Origin: Lachnospiraceae bacterium
Lineage (GTDB): Bacteria > Bacillota > Clostridia > Lachnospirales > Lachnospiraceae
Assembly: GCA_024691065.1 (NCBI GenBank)
Contig: JAILOA010000227.1
Span: forward strand, 1 to 37,071
Direction of reading: 5' to 3'
Length of the DNA: 37,071 nucleotides
In this document: in pieces, positions 1 to 9,987 of the stretch
Position numbering within the stretch: the first letter of the stretch is position 1
Layout of the letters: every line of letters begins with the position of its first letter
Notes under the pieces: generated by a model
What the model was told of the DNA's origin: nothing
Database searches by the model: none
What the model saw: the letters and a program-made list of their open reading frames with translations, nothing else
Program-made: the position numbers and the translations under genes

Positions 1-1
1 A

Positions 2-91
2 AATCAACCACCGTTAATGCAACCGGGAAATCAGCCGCCTGACGATAATGCGGTACCACCGTTGCCAAGCAGAGATAATAATCAAGTATAA
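2..91 (+). CDS. 3' end of an upstream ORF cut by the window edge (P/Q/N-rich tail)
   Basis: Frame 2 reads NQPPLMQPGNQPPDDNAVPPLPSRDNNQV, then TAA at 89-91. No start is visible. The low-complexity composition resembles other proteins of the downstream cluster. Confidence 0.3.
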   Translation, partial: NQPPLMQPGNQPPDDNAVPPLPSRDNNQV

Positions 92-270
92 CGCTAAAGC
101 GTTTAGGTGGTGACATAAATAATAACTAATAAACCGTACCGGGTCAAAGCTTATAAAGAGTCAGTGCACAGACTGTTTATATGCTTCCCGGGAAGTATTT
201 TTATAATTATGATTCTTGGTATATGACATACCGGTTACATATACATAAGGGTTATAAAATGGGATAGAAT

Positions 271-3200
271 ATGAGATTAATACCAGGAAAAACAAAGGTC
301 AGGATAGAACTGTTTAAAGGAATAACTTTAGCTGATATTATAGTAGCATTACTTGGAATCGGTATTGCTACATTATGTATTGTATCAACTATTCCAGGTC
401 GAATAGGTATCGCTATAGCGATAATTGCAATCTTTGGTTTATTGTTATTCAGGCTTGATGATGAAGGACTTTATGTTTTGATTTGGCATATGTTAAGGTA
501 TTCCTCATATTCTAAAAATTATAAAATAAAGGAAATTGGAGAAGAAGAGAAAGAAAATAAGTTACTTCAGGAAGAAGTAGCTAAGGTAGTAAAAGAGAGA
601 ACAGAAGAAGAGGATAAAGTATCCGAGAAAGAGAAGAAAGAAAGACTTAAGGAATTAATCAAAGTTGAGAATGAAATACTGAAGAGCAAGACAGCTACTG
701 AAGAAGAGAAAGATGCTGTATGGCAGGCCAGAGCTGAAAGAGCTGCAGAAAAGAAAAAGGAGAAAGTTAAGAAGCAGGATAAGACAGCTAAGGTTGAGGA
801 CATAAAGAATATAGTTCCATTTACGGCAATCAAAGACGGATATGTGGAATATGGCGGAAAGTATTACGGTTGTGCCATTGAGATAGATCCGATTGAATTT
901 AGATTTTTTTCACAACATAGAAGAAATAATTCAATTGAGAGTTGTTTAGGTAAGGTATTAAGGAGCTTTCAAGGTGAATACGGTGCAAATATCGTAAAGG
1001 TTCAGAGACCTATAGTTTATGATTCTTTCCTGGATGCTGAATATAATAAATTATCCGAAATTAAAAAATCCTATGAAAACGGAATGTTTACAGAGGAAGA
1101 GTTAAAGGCAAGAGTTGAGATTCAATATGACAGAATCAATGAGGTCAGAAGACTTTGTAATGAAGATAAAGTAATTGAACCGTTTTATTATTTGGTTCTT
1201 TTTGACAGTAGTAAGTCAAGGCTTGATCTCGCAGTCAGACAGGCAATCAATACACTTCAATTAGGAGAATTGGTTGTACGTAGATTGGATTCAAGAGGAT
1301 TAGCAAAATTACTTAAGTATTCCAACGGTTTAGACTTTGATGAGTCCGAAGCTGACAGGATTGATGAAGCAGATCTTGCTAATTGGGCTACACCAAAGGA
1401 TGTTAAGTTCTATGCAAGAAAGGTTGAAGTAAACAATTTTATTACTCACAACCTGAGAGTTATATCATATCCTACAATGGTTGGTGATTCATGGCTTGCA
1501 GGAGTTATGTCATTCCCTGCCACAAAAGTTGTTGTAAAGATAGTGCCTATGGATAATGATAAGGCTATACGTGCAATTGACCGTTCACTTTCTGAACTTA
1601 GAGGTCAATATATAGCTACCAGTCAGGATTCTAAAATGTTAGAGCTTTCCGAGCATATCAATACATTATCGACACTTCTTTTAACTTTACAGCAAGATAA
1701 TGAAACTCTTCTTTCGGTTAATGTATATGTAACAGCTTATGATGCATCAATGACAGAACAAGATCCGGTACTTTCCGAAGATTTTAAGAGTTTGATGCCT
1801 TATATAGCAGATATGAAGAAAACTCTTAAAAGGAGTTGGAGTGAAGCCGGTATGAGGCTTTCAGGTATGGACTTCATGCAGGTTCAAGGTTTTATAGGAT
1901 CACAGATTTCAAACTATGATCCATTGCTTAATGACGGTAGAGGGATTCCAACCAATACGATTGCAGCTATGTTCCCGTGGATATTTGCACATATATCCGA
2001 TGAAGGTGGTATAAAGCTTGGTGAATCAGATGGAGTTCCTGTATTTATAGATTTCTTCAAAAGGGATTCCGAGAGAGTTAACTCCAATATGGTTATCGTA
2101 GGTAAGTCCGGTTCCGGTAAGTCTTATGCTACAAAAGCACTTTTAGCTAACCTGGCTTCGGAGGATGCTAAAATATTTATTTTGGATCCTGAGAATGAAT
2201 ATTCCGAGTTGGCTCATAACCTTAATGGTAAGGTTATAAATGTAGGTAATGCAAAGTATGGAAGATTAAATCCATTCCATATAATTACCGCCCTTGAAGA
2301 TGATGAAGCCGGAGAAGATGGAGGCGGTCCGGGAGGCAGCTTCGCAACACATCTTCAATTCCTCGAAGAATTTTTCAAGCAGATTCTTCCGGATATTGAT
2401 AAGGATGCTCTTGAGTTTCTTAACTCACTTATTGAAAGAGTATATCTTAACTTCGGAATCACACCGGAGACTGATCTTTCGGCTTTAACCGCTGAAGATT
2501 ATCCGATATTTGATGATTTATATGACGTTGTATTGGCAGAGTTTGAAAGAACAAACAATGAGTATTTACGTAAGTTGTTACGTTCACTTGTGAATTATAT
2601 TTCAAAATTCTCAACCGGTGGACGAAATGCTAATATTTGGAATGGACCATCAACAATAACTACCGAAGAAAACTTCTCGGTATTTAACTTCCAGTCCATG
2701 ATAGCAAACAGAAATACAACAATTGCCAATGCCCAAATGCTTTTGGTGCTTAAATATGTTGATAATGAAATCATCAAGAACAGGGATTACAATTTAAAAT
2801 ACGGTCTCAATCGTAAAGTAGTAGTTGTTATCGACGAGGCTCATGTATTTATTGATACAAAATTCCCTGTAGCGCTTGATTTTATGTTCCAGTTAGCTAA
2901 GCGTATACGTAAATATAACGGTATGCAGATAGTTATAACACAGAACATAAAGGACTTTGTCGGTAGTGAAGAGATTGCAAGAAAATCCTCTGCTATTATC
3001 AATGCCTGTCAGTACAGCTTTGTTTTTGGTCTTGCGCCAAATGATATGTCTGACCTTTGTAAGCTTTATGAAAAGGCCGGCGGCATTAATGAAAGAGAGC
3101 AGGAGGACATAGTCGGAGCCAAGAGAGGTGAAGCATTTACAATTATGAGTCCGACTTCAAGATCTTCATTTACTATAGATGTACCTCATCAGATGGTAGA

Positions 3201-4506
3201 AATGTTTGAAAATAGAGATTTCAGAAGCTATTATTTCTCCGGAGAAGAGGGTAAATCAAATTGGGAGGATTTTGTTTCAGGTAGCAGAGAAGCTCATGAT
3301 ATTAATTTCGAAGAGCGTAAACGTGCTGAAACAAAGGAAAGAGTTGTTAATGAGCGTCAAAGTATATTTAGCTTCTCTGAAATTACAGAGGATGAGGCTA
3401 AGGAAATTCAAAGGTCTTATGAAGCTGAAGCGGATGGCTCATATAATGACGAGAAAAACTCCATTAAGAGAATGATGGAAGCCGAGATGGCTGTCGACAA
3501 GAAAGAATATGAAATGGCGATGGGTCGCTTTGGTAATATTGATTTCCAGGAAATCAGCGACAGTGAAGTGAATTTGCAGGAGGAAGCTGCAGATTCGAAA
3601 TTCGGCGGTATAAGCTTTTCCGAAGTATCGGATGATGATTTGGAGAAGTTGGCAAAGGCTTCCGAGCCTACTGCTCAGTCAGCTAATACAGCTAATACTG
3701 CTAATGTAGATGAGCATTATATCAATGATACCCTCAATGAGTTCAAAGAATCTATGCGTGAAGAAATGGAAAAGGAACTTATTGATAAGATCAAATGGAT
3801 TCAGCTTGGAGCCGGTATTAATATGGCTCAGCCGGTAGCTTACGGCGGAATGGATCCGGTTAATACGGGTACTATGCCTTATCAAACGCCTCAGATGCAA
3901 ATGCCGGATAGTTACGATGATAACGGATTTGTGGACAATAATGATTATATGCCGGATAATATCGCAGGTATGGATTATGATTTAAATGATATCGGTACAT
4001 TATCAGACAGTGATGATTCACTTGATGATGAGGAAATGGATGAAGAAGACGAATTCGCATCTCTGGACGATGCACTCGGTAGTCTTGATAATATCGATCT
4101 GGATGAAGATGAATTTGAAGATTCCGATGATAATGATGATATCTTTGCTGACATTTTTGACGATGATGATGAGGATGAATTTGAAGACGATTCGGATGAC
4201 GATGATGACATCTTCGATTTTGATGAAGAATCCGATGATGAGGAATCCGAAGAAGAATCCGATGATGAATCCGATGATTTTGATGATGACTTATTTGATG
4301 ACGATGATGACATATTTGAGGTTGAGTCAGAAGAATATGAACCTACACCATTTGTATTTTCAGAGTTGCTCGCTGAAACAGCAGAAGAGTATTCGCATAT
4401 GGATGTAAGCGAGAGAATGGATGAAATCAACGAAGAAGTAATGGAAATAACCCTTGAAGAACTAATTGCATATGTAAAGAAACACAGAAAAAAGAAGGTT
4501 AGTTAA
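271..4506 (+). CDS. Fusion protein: PrgI/VirB3-like membrane hairpin + K/E coiled coil + VirB4-family (TrsE/ConE/Tn916-Orf16-like) T4SS ATPase + long extension with a polyacidic tract
   Basis: aa 1-80 carry two hydrophobic helices (FKGITLADIIVALLGIGIATLCIV; IAIAIIAIFGLLLF) in a PrgI-like layout. aa ~90-180 are K/E-rich. The ATPase core has Walker A GKSGSGKS (nt 2101-2124), ILDPENEY, NPFHI, Walker B VVVIDEAH (nt 2821-2844) and ITQN. aa ~985-1411 form an extra tail that includes a D/E tract (nt ~3900-4340). The RBS before ATG 271 is weak. Confidence 0.85.
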   Translation: MRLIPGKTKVRIELFKGITLADIIVALLGIGIATLCIVSTIPGRIGIAIAIIAIFGLLLFRLDDEGLYVLIWHMLRYSSYSKNYKIKEIGEEEKENKLLQEEVAKVVKERTEEEDKVSEKEKKERLKELIKVENEILKSKTATEEEKDAVWQARAERAAEKKKEKVKKQDKTAKVEDIKNIVPFTAIKDGYVEYGGKYYGCAIEIDPIEFRFFSQHRRNNSIESCLGKVLRSFQGEYGANIVKVQRPIVYDSFLDAEYNKLSEIKKSYENGMFTEEELKARVEIQYDRINEVRRLCNEDKVIEPFYYLVLFDSSKSRLDLAVRQAINTLQLGELVVRRLDSRGLAKLLKYSNGLDFDESEADRIDEADLANWATPKDVKFYARKVEVNNFITHNLRVISYPTMVGDSWLAGVMSFPATKVVVKIVPMDNDKAIRAIDRSLSELRGQYIATSQDSKMLELSEHINTLSTLLLTLQQDNETLLSVNVYVTAYDASMTEQDPVLSEDFKSLMPYIADMKKTLKRSWSEAGMRLSGMDFMQVQGFIGSQISNYDPLLNDGRGIPTNTIAAMFPWIFAHISDEGGIKLGESDGVPVFIDFFKRDSERVNSNMVIVGKSGSGKSYATKALLANLASEDAKIFILDPENEYSELAHNLNGKVINVGNAKYGRLNPFHIITALEDDEAGEDGGGPGGSFATHLQFLEEFFKQILPDIDKDALEFLNSLIERVYLNFGITPETDLSALTAEDYPIFDDLYDVVLAEFERTNNEYLRKLLRSLVNYISKFSTGGRNANIWNGPSTITTEENFSVFNFQSMIANRNTTIANAQMLLVLKYVDNEIIKNRDYNLKYGLNRKVVVVIDEAHVFIDTKFPVALDFMFQLAKRIRKYNGMQIVITQNIKDFVGSEEIARKSSAIINACQYSFVFGLAPNDMSDLCKLYEKAGGINEREQEDIVGAKRGEAFTIMSPTSRSSFTIDVPHQMVEMFENRDFRSYYFSGEEGKSNWEDFVSGSREAHDINFEERKRAETKERVVNERQSIFSFSEITEDEAKEIQRSYEAEADGSYNDEKNSIKRMMEAEMAVDKKEYEMAMGRFGNIDFQEISDSEVNLQEEAADSKFGGISFSEVSDDDLEKLAKASEPTAQSANTANTANVDEHYINDTLNEFKESMREEMEKELIDKIKWIQLGAGINMAQPVAYGGMDPVNTGTMPYQTPQMQMPDSYDDNGFVDNNDYMPDNIAGMDYDLNDIGTLSDSDDSLDDEEMDEEDEFASLDDALGSLDNIDLDEDEFEDSDDNDDIFADIFDDDDEDEFEDDSDDDDDIFDFDEESDDEESEEESDDESDDFDDDLFDDDDDIFEVESEEYEPTPFVFSELLAETAEEYSHMDVSERMDEINEEVMEITLEELIAYVKKHRKKKVS

Positions 4507-4541
4507 TTAAGAAGGTAAATTACTTGTAAGGAGAATAGATA

Positions 4542-4841
4542 ATGGATGTAAAATTAGTCGACAGAGGTACAGATGGTGAGTTATTGTTGACCGGGGATTT
4601 AGACACCAAGACTGCAAGGGATGCTGATGCTTTATTTACTCAGATGTCCCAGCGGTTTTTAAATATAACACTTAATATGCAGAGACTTGAATATGTATCA
4701 AGTGCAGGTCTTAGATCTATAAGAAATCTTTATATTAAGGTATATCAAAAGGGTGGAAAACTTACCATAACAAATGTTAATGAAAATGTAATGGAAGTAT
4801 TTGAAATGACCGGTTTGGCCGGATTGTTGAATATTAGATAG
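4542..4841 (+). CDS. STAS-domain anti-sigma-factor antagonist (SpoIIAA/RsbV-like)
   Basis: 99 aa. AAGGAG RBS lies 8 nt upstream of the ATG. The conserved phospho-acceptor context YVSSAGLRS is present (Ser53/Ser54, nt 4698-4703). The C-terminal MEVFEMTGL motif is typical of STAS antagonists. Confidence 0.85.
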   Translation: MDVKLVDRGTDGELLLTGDLDTKTARDADALFTQMSQRFLNITLNMQRLEYVSSAGLRSIRNLYIKVYQKGGKLTITNVNENVMEVFEMTGLAGLLNIR

Positions 4842-4932
4842 TTTAGTGAAACCCAATAGAATGGGTGAAATCAATGTGAGAGTATTTTGTAACGAGTTAA
4901 ACTTAGTTTTGTACAGGAAATGAGGTAATGCT

Positions 4933-7900
4933 ATGAAGACACAAAAACTAAAGAGATTCATAAGCTTGCTATTAATCTTAGTGCTTATGTTTTCATTGGT
5001 TCCTGTGAAAAGCGCCATGGCTGTAAAGGATGACGAAACCGCTGGAATTGATATGGACTTTGAGGAGGAAGAAACGACTGCTCCCGAAGAAACCGGATCG
5101 GCCGATTCAGAGGAGGATTCCGAAGATTCGGACAGTGATTCGGAGGATCCTTTTTCCGTCGATGAAGATAGTAATTCATCGGTTTTAAAGTCGCTTTATT
5201 CTGTAGATGTAGATGGTGAGGCACCTACATTTCAAGCGAATAAAGGTATGGAAAATTGGATAAACCGTAAATCCTATAAGGCACTTGCCAATACCTACGT
5301 TCTTCGTGTAGGAACCGGTGAAGCAGCAGGAAGTTCTATTTTATATTTCAGATTGAGATATATAAATTCAGAAGGAAAAGAAAAATTAACTTACTTATTT
5401 CCAAATACAGATGCTATGAGCCGTAGTGAGGCACTTATAAAATACACTACCGGAAATGATGAAAATTCAGTTACCCCTTATGGTGAGTCTTTATTAAAGG
5501 ATCTTCATTATAAGGAGGAATATAATGAAACTCCTCTTGACTCATGGACAGTACAGGATTATGCTTTTGAACTTATTGATTCTGTCAGTAAGCTTACAGA
5601 TGTAGATATTTATCTTTCAAAAGGTAAATGGAGCACCCAGGGTATGACCCTTTTTAAAGCAAAGAAAGTAAGGGGATACGAAGAGTATGGAATTATTTCC
5701 GGACAAAGATTTTTAGATTTTGAAGGTTATAAAATTGCCGAAGTTATAAATAAGAAAAGTGCAGTGACCATTTCTACAACAGGTACAGACAAAATTGAAC
5801 ATGTTGCTGATTCCGAGGGAAATTCGGAATATTGCGACATTATAAATCTTACCGATTCAGGGATTAAAAATTATTTTGCCTCAAGTGATGATGTATATAC
5901 TTTAAGAATGGATTTCCTTGATTCTAGGGGAGCCGGTATAGAGTCATTCATAAATAAGAAAATAAAACAAATCAATCAGGATAATGGTATTGTTGAAGAT
6001 ATTACAGTAAAGTTTCAATATAAAGATGTTGAAGGAATGTACAGAACTATTACATTTCCTGTTATTCTTAGTAGTTTTGCCGAGGCAAGGAAGCATACCG
6101 GTGATTCATATCTTATGGGATTCGCGGGAAGAGGTGAAACCATAGCTTTTACCGGATATTTACCGGGATTTGCTTCGATAGAAGGTAATGTTGAAATATC
6201 ACTTGGCGCAGCTGCAAGAACGGCTATTGAAAAAAATGGAATTACAATGGATAATGGCACAAGCAAGATGAATAATGTTCTTAATGCAACTACCAGTGAT
6301 AATGTCAATCTTTCCGGAATATCTATTTATAAGGGAAGTTGTATGTCATACGTTCTCAACGGAATAGATTCCGATGGAGATGAGTTGCAGGGTGCAAGTC
6401 TTGAATATGAATTTGAAAATGCCGAACCATTGTATTACTTTACAACCTCAGACATAATAGGTAGAGAGATTTATTCCGGAAAAAGCACTAAGCTTAAGCT
6501 TTCTGCATATAAGAGCGGTTCACAGATAATTGCTTCCACTAAAATGTCTGATAAGTTTATGATTACACTTGTTACAAGTGATATAGCGGCAGCAGGAACA
6601 AAGGATGATGTATCATTTAAGCTTTATTATAAAAATAAACAAGGAAAGGATGATAAGACAGTAACAAAATATGTCAGAAACGAAGCTGTCGATTTCATGG
6701 GAGATTGGATCTCTACAGATGATGATGACTTTGTTTATAACGGAGGTATGGCACCCGGAGGATATATTAATTTCCTGATAGATGCTCCTAATTTGAAGAA
6801 CCCGACTCAGGTTGATTTATCTCTTTTAGGTAATGATGAGTGGCAGATGAAGGATATGGTGGTTTCATACCTGGATAGTTATGGAAAGAGAAAAGCCTAT
6901 ATATCCAAAAATCCGGAAAAGGGTTCATATTATTGGGTTCAGCGTTCGTTAGAATCTGCCGAAATATTTACACTTTCCACTGCAAATACAAGCGTACAGG
7001 ATGATAGCGGAAATAATATCAGTCCTGACGGTACTTCAACAGGTGAAGATGAAGAAGAATTTTCTATTAACAGAGGCGAGCAATTATTCTTAGGCGGAGC
7101 GTCGCTCTCATTTTCTTTCGAAACAGGTAAAGCTAATACTGTTGAGGAACAAGATAATTATTCAGAAGTCCGTTATAAGATGAGTTATGAGCAAACTCAG
7201 ATTAACTGGGGATTCACAAAGAAAAGAAAGGTATATGATGTACAGGTTAAAGTAGATAATGATTCCGCTTATTCCAATGATAACGGTGATGCGGGTTCTG
7301 TAAACTATTTCTACTTCCAGCTCATATTTAAGAATGGTAACAGTGCATATGTACTTGCAAACCAGCAGATTTCCAGTGACGGTTTCCGTTCCGGAAAAAC
7401 CGAGACATTTACGATTTCAACTAATAGAGATTACGGAAATTTGGTAGGTATACGTATTATACCTGAAGAAATATCAGATGATACCGATTCATTTGATAAG
7501 CTTAATATTGCAAATGTAACTATATCCGAACATACCAATGGTGGAGCATATATGCTTTACGTAATTGACCAGGTTGGTTGGATTGATATTGATTACAGAG
7601 ACGAAGCAGAGGTTTACTCGGCAAGAGGAAGGGCTGCAAGATCTGCAGATGAGCTTTCCAAGATTTATAAGGTTACACATAAGGAACGTGCTGTAAATCT
7701 CTTATGTGAGATGACTACACATCCATGGGATAATGATTATAAACCATTTGAAGGTTCAATGTTGGCAGAGGTTAAGTATGTGAGCTCAACAACAAATGAA
7801 ATCGAAACAATGACTTTCGATGTAGTACAAAGACTTGCCGATTATATGGGTAAAACTGCCAAGAGCGTTGAATATGAGACAAATCCTAATGTCGAATTGG

Positions 7901-9975
7901 GATATGAGGCATTTATGTCTACCGTATCGGATCCTGACTGGATGTTCAGACCGAGTCAGACAGATAGATTTGTAATGCCACCGCTTCCGGATTTTAAGTA
8001 TTTGAAGAGTATTAAATTTATAGGAATGAGCAGAAACGGCTATCCGGCAATTTGGAATCTTGGAAGAATTACCATTTCTCAGGTATTAGAGGATGGAGCA
8101 ATTCAGCTCACTAATAATAATGAATATTACAGAAACTTAAAGACAGAAAGGTTGTGTGAGAGGACAGATTCAAATATTATATCAACCCTGTTCCCAATTG
8201 GGTCGGTTCAGAGTACACCTGAAATAATGTTCACTGAAAATGAAGTTGAATTTGATAATGAATACTGGACAACACCTGTTACAAGAGTGCCTGATTCGTC
8301 CGATGATAAGTTAAATATTTTCTTATATCCTTCGGCAAGTAACAGACAAATCGGTACTACCGAAGTTGACGTTTCCTTACAATATGAAACGGATTATTCG
8401 CAGATGATGCAGGTAAGTCATGAGGGTATGTATACTGCTAACAGTGGTACAGATGATGCAGTATTCTATATTACCGGATTAAAGGCTAATAATTTTGCCA
8501 GTGCGGGACAAATAGGATTACAATGTTTGAATTCCAGTGTCGCCTTTGATTATGCGATAGTGCAGCATGTCCGGGAAAATGTAGTAATGTCAACGTATCA
8601 ATATGAGTTTAGTGATTCATCTGCTGTTCTGGGACTTATAGGACAACCTAGTCAGCAATTGACAAATATCGATAAAACTACTGAAAAGATTGCATTATCA
8701 TTTGGTGCAGGAACAGAGAATAAGAAACTCATAGCCGAACAATATGATGTGGCCGTTGCATTTTACTATAGATCTACAATTGATGATGGTGCCGCAGAGT
8801 ACAGATCGCCGTATATTTACCTGACAGACCAAGGTTATACAGAACTTCGGGAGGGCTTATATGCCGAGCTTGAATACGATTTGTCCTATGTCAAGAAGAT
8901 AACGGGAATCAGTGTGGTAAGTTTCGGTACATTGAAGGCCAATGTCGATGCCTCCTGTGGAGTAATATATCAAATAGATGAAGAAGTAAAGAATGAAGAA
9001 ACCGGTATTTATGAAGTAACCAAGACTTCAAAGAGAGGTTATACATCATTTGCTAATTCATTTGCGGTAACAGAGACAGAGACTAAGTATGAAAAGACAT
9101 CTCTTAAGACATACGGAGATGAAAGTGTGGCTCCTGTAGCAATTACATTTAGGACATCCGAAGCATCAGCTTTGAATGAGAGCGGAACGGATTCAAAGGT
9201 TAGAATGATATTCTATTACAGAGATTCATCTAATAACCTTCTGACGAAGACCTTTGATGATATTACACCTTATATTCAGGATGACACGAGAAAATTCGTT
9301 ACAGGTGAGGAAGCGACAGTTAAGATATTCCTTCCTAAGTTAAATGAAGCATTATCAATTATAGCGATAGATATTATGCCATATAACGGTAAGATTATAA
9401 CAGATCAGTCGGTTGAGTCCGTGATTAATGATTCAACATCGCTGACAGATGGAACCTCGGTTAAGAAGGTTGTTGAAAGCAAGAATGCAAGCTGGACAAT
9501 TTCATCGGTTAAATGTGATATAGGTTATGGTGACAGAACTATCGAAAGAGAAGTTGAGCAACAATTTGCAGGTGTAACAAATGGCGATAGATTGAGACTT
9601 AATGATGTTACACTTACAACATACACATCCTTGAATGGTGGACTTAATCAGGAAGTTAAGGATCATTCAACAAATATCCTTGCCAAGGGCGGCGATAAGA
9701 TTCAGGGAACAGTAATTGTCAGTGATTCAACAGCAGGTTATAACGTAGATGTATATAGAATGGTTGGAGATGCAGGAGAAGAGATTTCACTTTCTGTACT
9801 TTCAAATGTTAAGAAACGTAAATTTACATTTACTACTCCTGAGAATAATACAACAGACAATGTAATCTACAAGATTGAGATAAGCCCTGTTGATGCACCT
9901 GATATAAAGGATGTTGTCTACATTACAGTAGAAAAAACAGAGACGACCGCGGCGAGTGGCAGTGCCGTTAATTAA
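4933..9975 (+). CDS. Giant exported protein (1680 aa) with acidic N-terminal linker and about 8-9 repeated PLAT/LH2-like beta-sandwich modules; no sortase or lipobox signal
   Basis: Sec signal MKTQKLKRFISLLLILVLMFSLVPVKSAMA. A D/E/S-rich linker follows. A recurring module signature resembles PLAT, for example YVLRVGTGEAAGSSILYFRLRY, ITLVTSDIAAAGTKDDVSFKLYY ... NDEWQMKDMVVSYL, and GDAGSVNYFYFQLIF ... GNLVGIRIIPE. A GAGG RBS is present. The domain call is pattern recognition, not a search result. Confidence 0.8.
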   Translation: MKTQKLKRFISLLLILVLMFSLVPVKSAMAVKDDETAGIDMDFEEEETTAPEETGSADSEEDSEDSDSDSEDPFSVDEDSNSSVLKSLYSVDVDGEAPTFQANKGMENWINRKSYKALANTYVLRVGTGEAAGSSILYFRLRYINSEGKEKLTYLFPNTDAMSRSEALIKYTTGNDENSVTPYGESLLKDLHYKEEYNETPLDSWTVQDYAFELIDSVSKLTDVDIYLSKGKWSTQGMTLFKAKKVRGYEEYGIISGQRFLDFEGYKIAEVINKKSAVTISTTGTDKIEHVADSEGNSEYCDIINLTDSGIKNYFASSDDVYTLRMDFLDSRGAGIESFINKKIKQINQDNGIVEDITVKFQYKDVEGMYRTITFPVILSSFAEARKHTGDSYLMGFAGRGETIAFTGYLPGFASIEGNVEISLGAAARTAIEKNGITMDNGTSKMNNVLNATTSDNVNLSGISIYKGSCMSYVLNGIDSDGDELQGASLEYEFENAEPLYYFTTSDIIGREIYSGKSTKLKLSAYKSGSQIIASTKMSDKFMITLVTSDIAAAGTKDDVSFKLYYKNKQGKDDKTVTKYVRNEAVDFMGDWISTDDDDFVYNGGMAPGGYINFLIDAPNLKNPTQVDLSLLGNDEWQMKDMVVSYLDSYGKRKAYISKNPEKGSYYWVQRSLESAEIFTLSTANTSVQDDSGNNISPDGTSTGEDEEEFSINRGEQLFLGGASLSFSFETGKANTVEEQDNYSEVRYKMSYEQTQINWGFTKKRKVYDVQVKVDNDSAYSNDNGDAGSVNYFYFQLIFKNGNSAYVLANQQISSDGFRSGKTETFTISTNRDYGNLVGIRIIPEEISDDTDSFDKLNIANVTISEHTNGGAYMLYVIDQVGWIDIDYRDEAEVYSARGRAARSADELSKIYKVTHKERAVNLLCEMTTHPWDNDYKPFEGSMLAEVKYVSSTTNEIETMTFDVVQRLADYMGKTAKSVEYETNPNVELGYEAFMSTVSDPDWMFRPSQTDRFVMPPLPDFKYLKSIKFIGMSRNGYPAIWNLGRITISQVLEDGAIQLTNNNEYYRNLKTERLCERTDSNIISTLFPIGSVQSTPEIMFTENEVEFDNEYWTTPVTRVPDSSDDKLNIFLYPSASNRQIGTTEVDVSLQYETDYSQMMQVSHEGMYTANSGTDDAVFYITGLKANNFASAGQIGLQCLNSSVAFDYAIVQHVRENVVMSTYQYEFSDSSAVLGLIGQPSQQLTNIDKTTEKIALSFGAGTENKKLIAEQYDVAVAFYYRSTIDDGAAEYRSPYIYLTDQGYTELREGLYAELEYDLSYVKKITGISVVSFGTLKANVDASCGVIYQIDEEVKNEETGIYEVTKTSKRGYTSFANSFAVTETETKYEKTSLKTYGDESVAPVAITFRTSEASALNESGTDSKVRMIFYYRDSSNNLLTKTFDDITPYIQDDTRKFVTGEEATVKIFLPKLNEALSIIAIDIMPYNGKIITDQSVESVINDSTSLTDGTSVKKVVESKNASWTISSVKCDIGYGDRTIEREVEQQFAGVTNGDRLRLNDVTLTTYTSLNGGLNQEVKDHSTNILAKGGDKIQGTVIVSDSTAGYNVDVYRMVGDAGEEISLSVLSNVKKRKFTFTTPENNTTDNVIYKIEISPVDAPDIKDVVYITVEKTETTAASGSAVN

Positions 9976-9987
9976 ATCAGTAATTAA

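Noticed and set aside
3975-4430. Overlapping ORFs inside the acidic-tail region (151-aa S-rich on minus; 140-aa M-rich on plus; also 3679-4075 minus ORFs)
   Set aside because: These are alternative-frame or antisense readings of GAT/GAA-rich repeat DNA. They have no RBS, and they lie fully inside a long, well-supported CDS.
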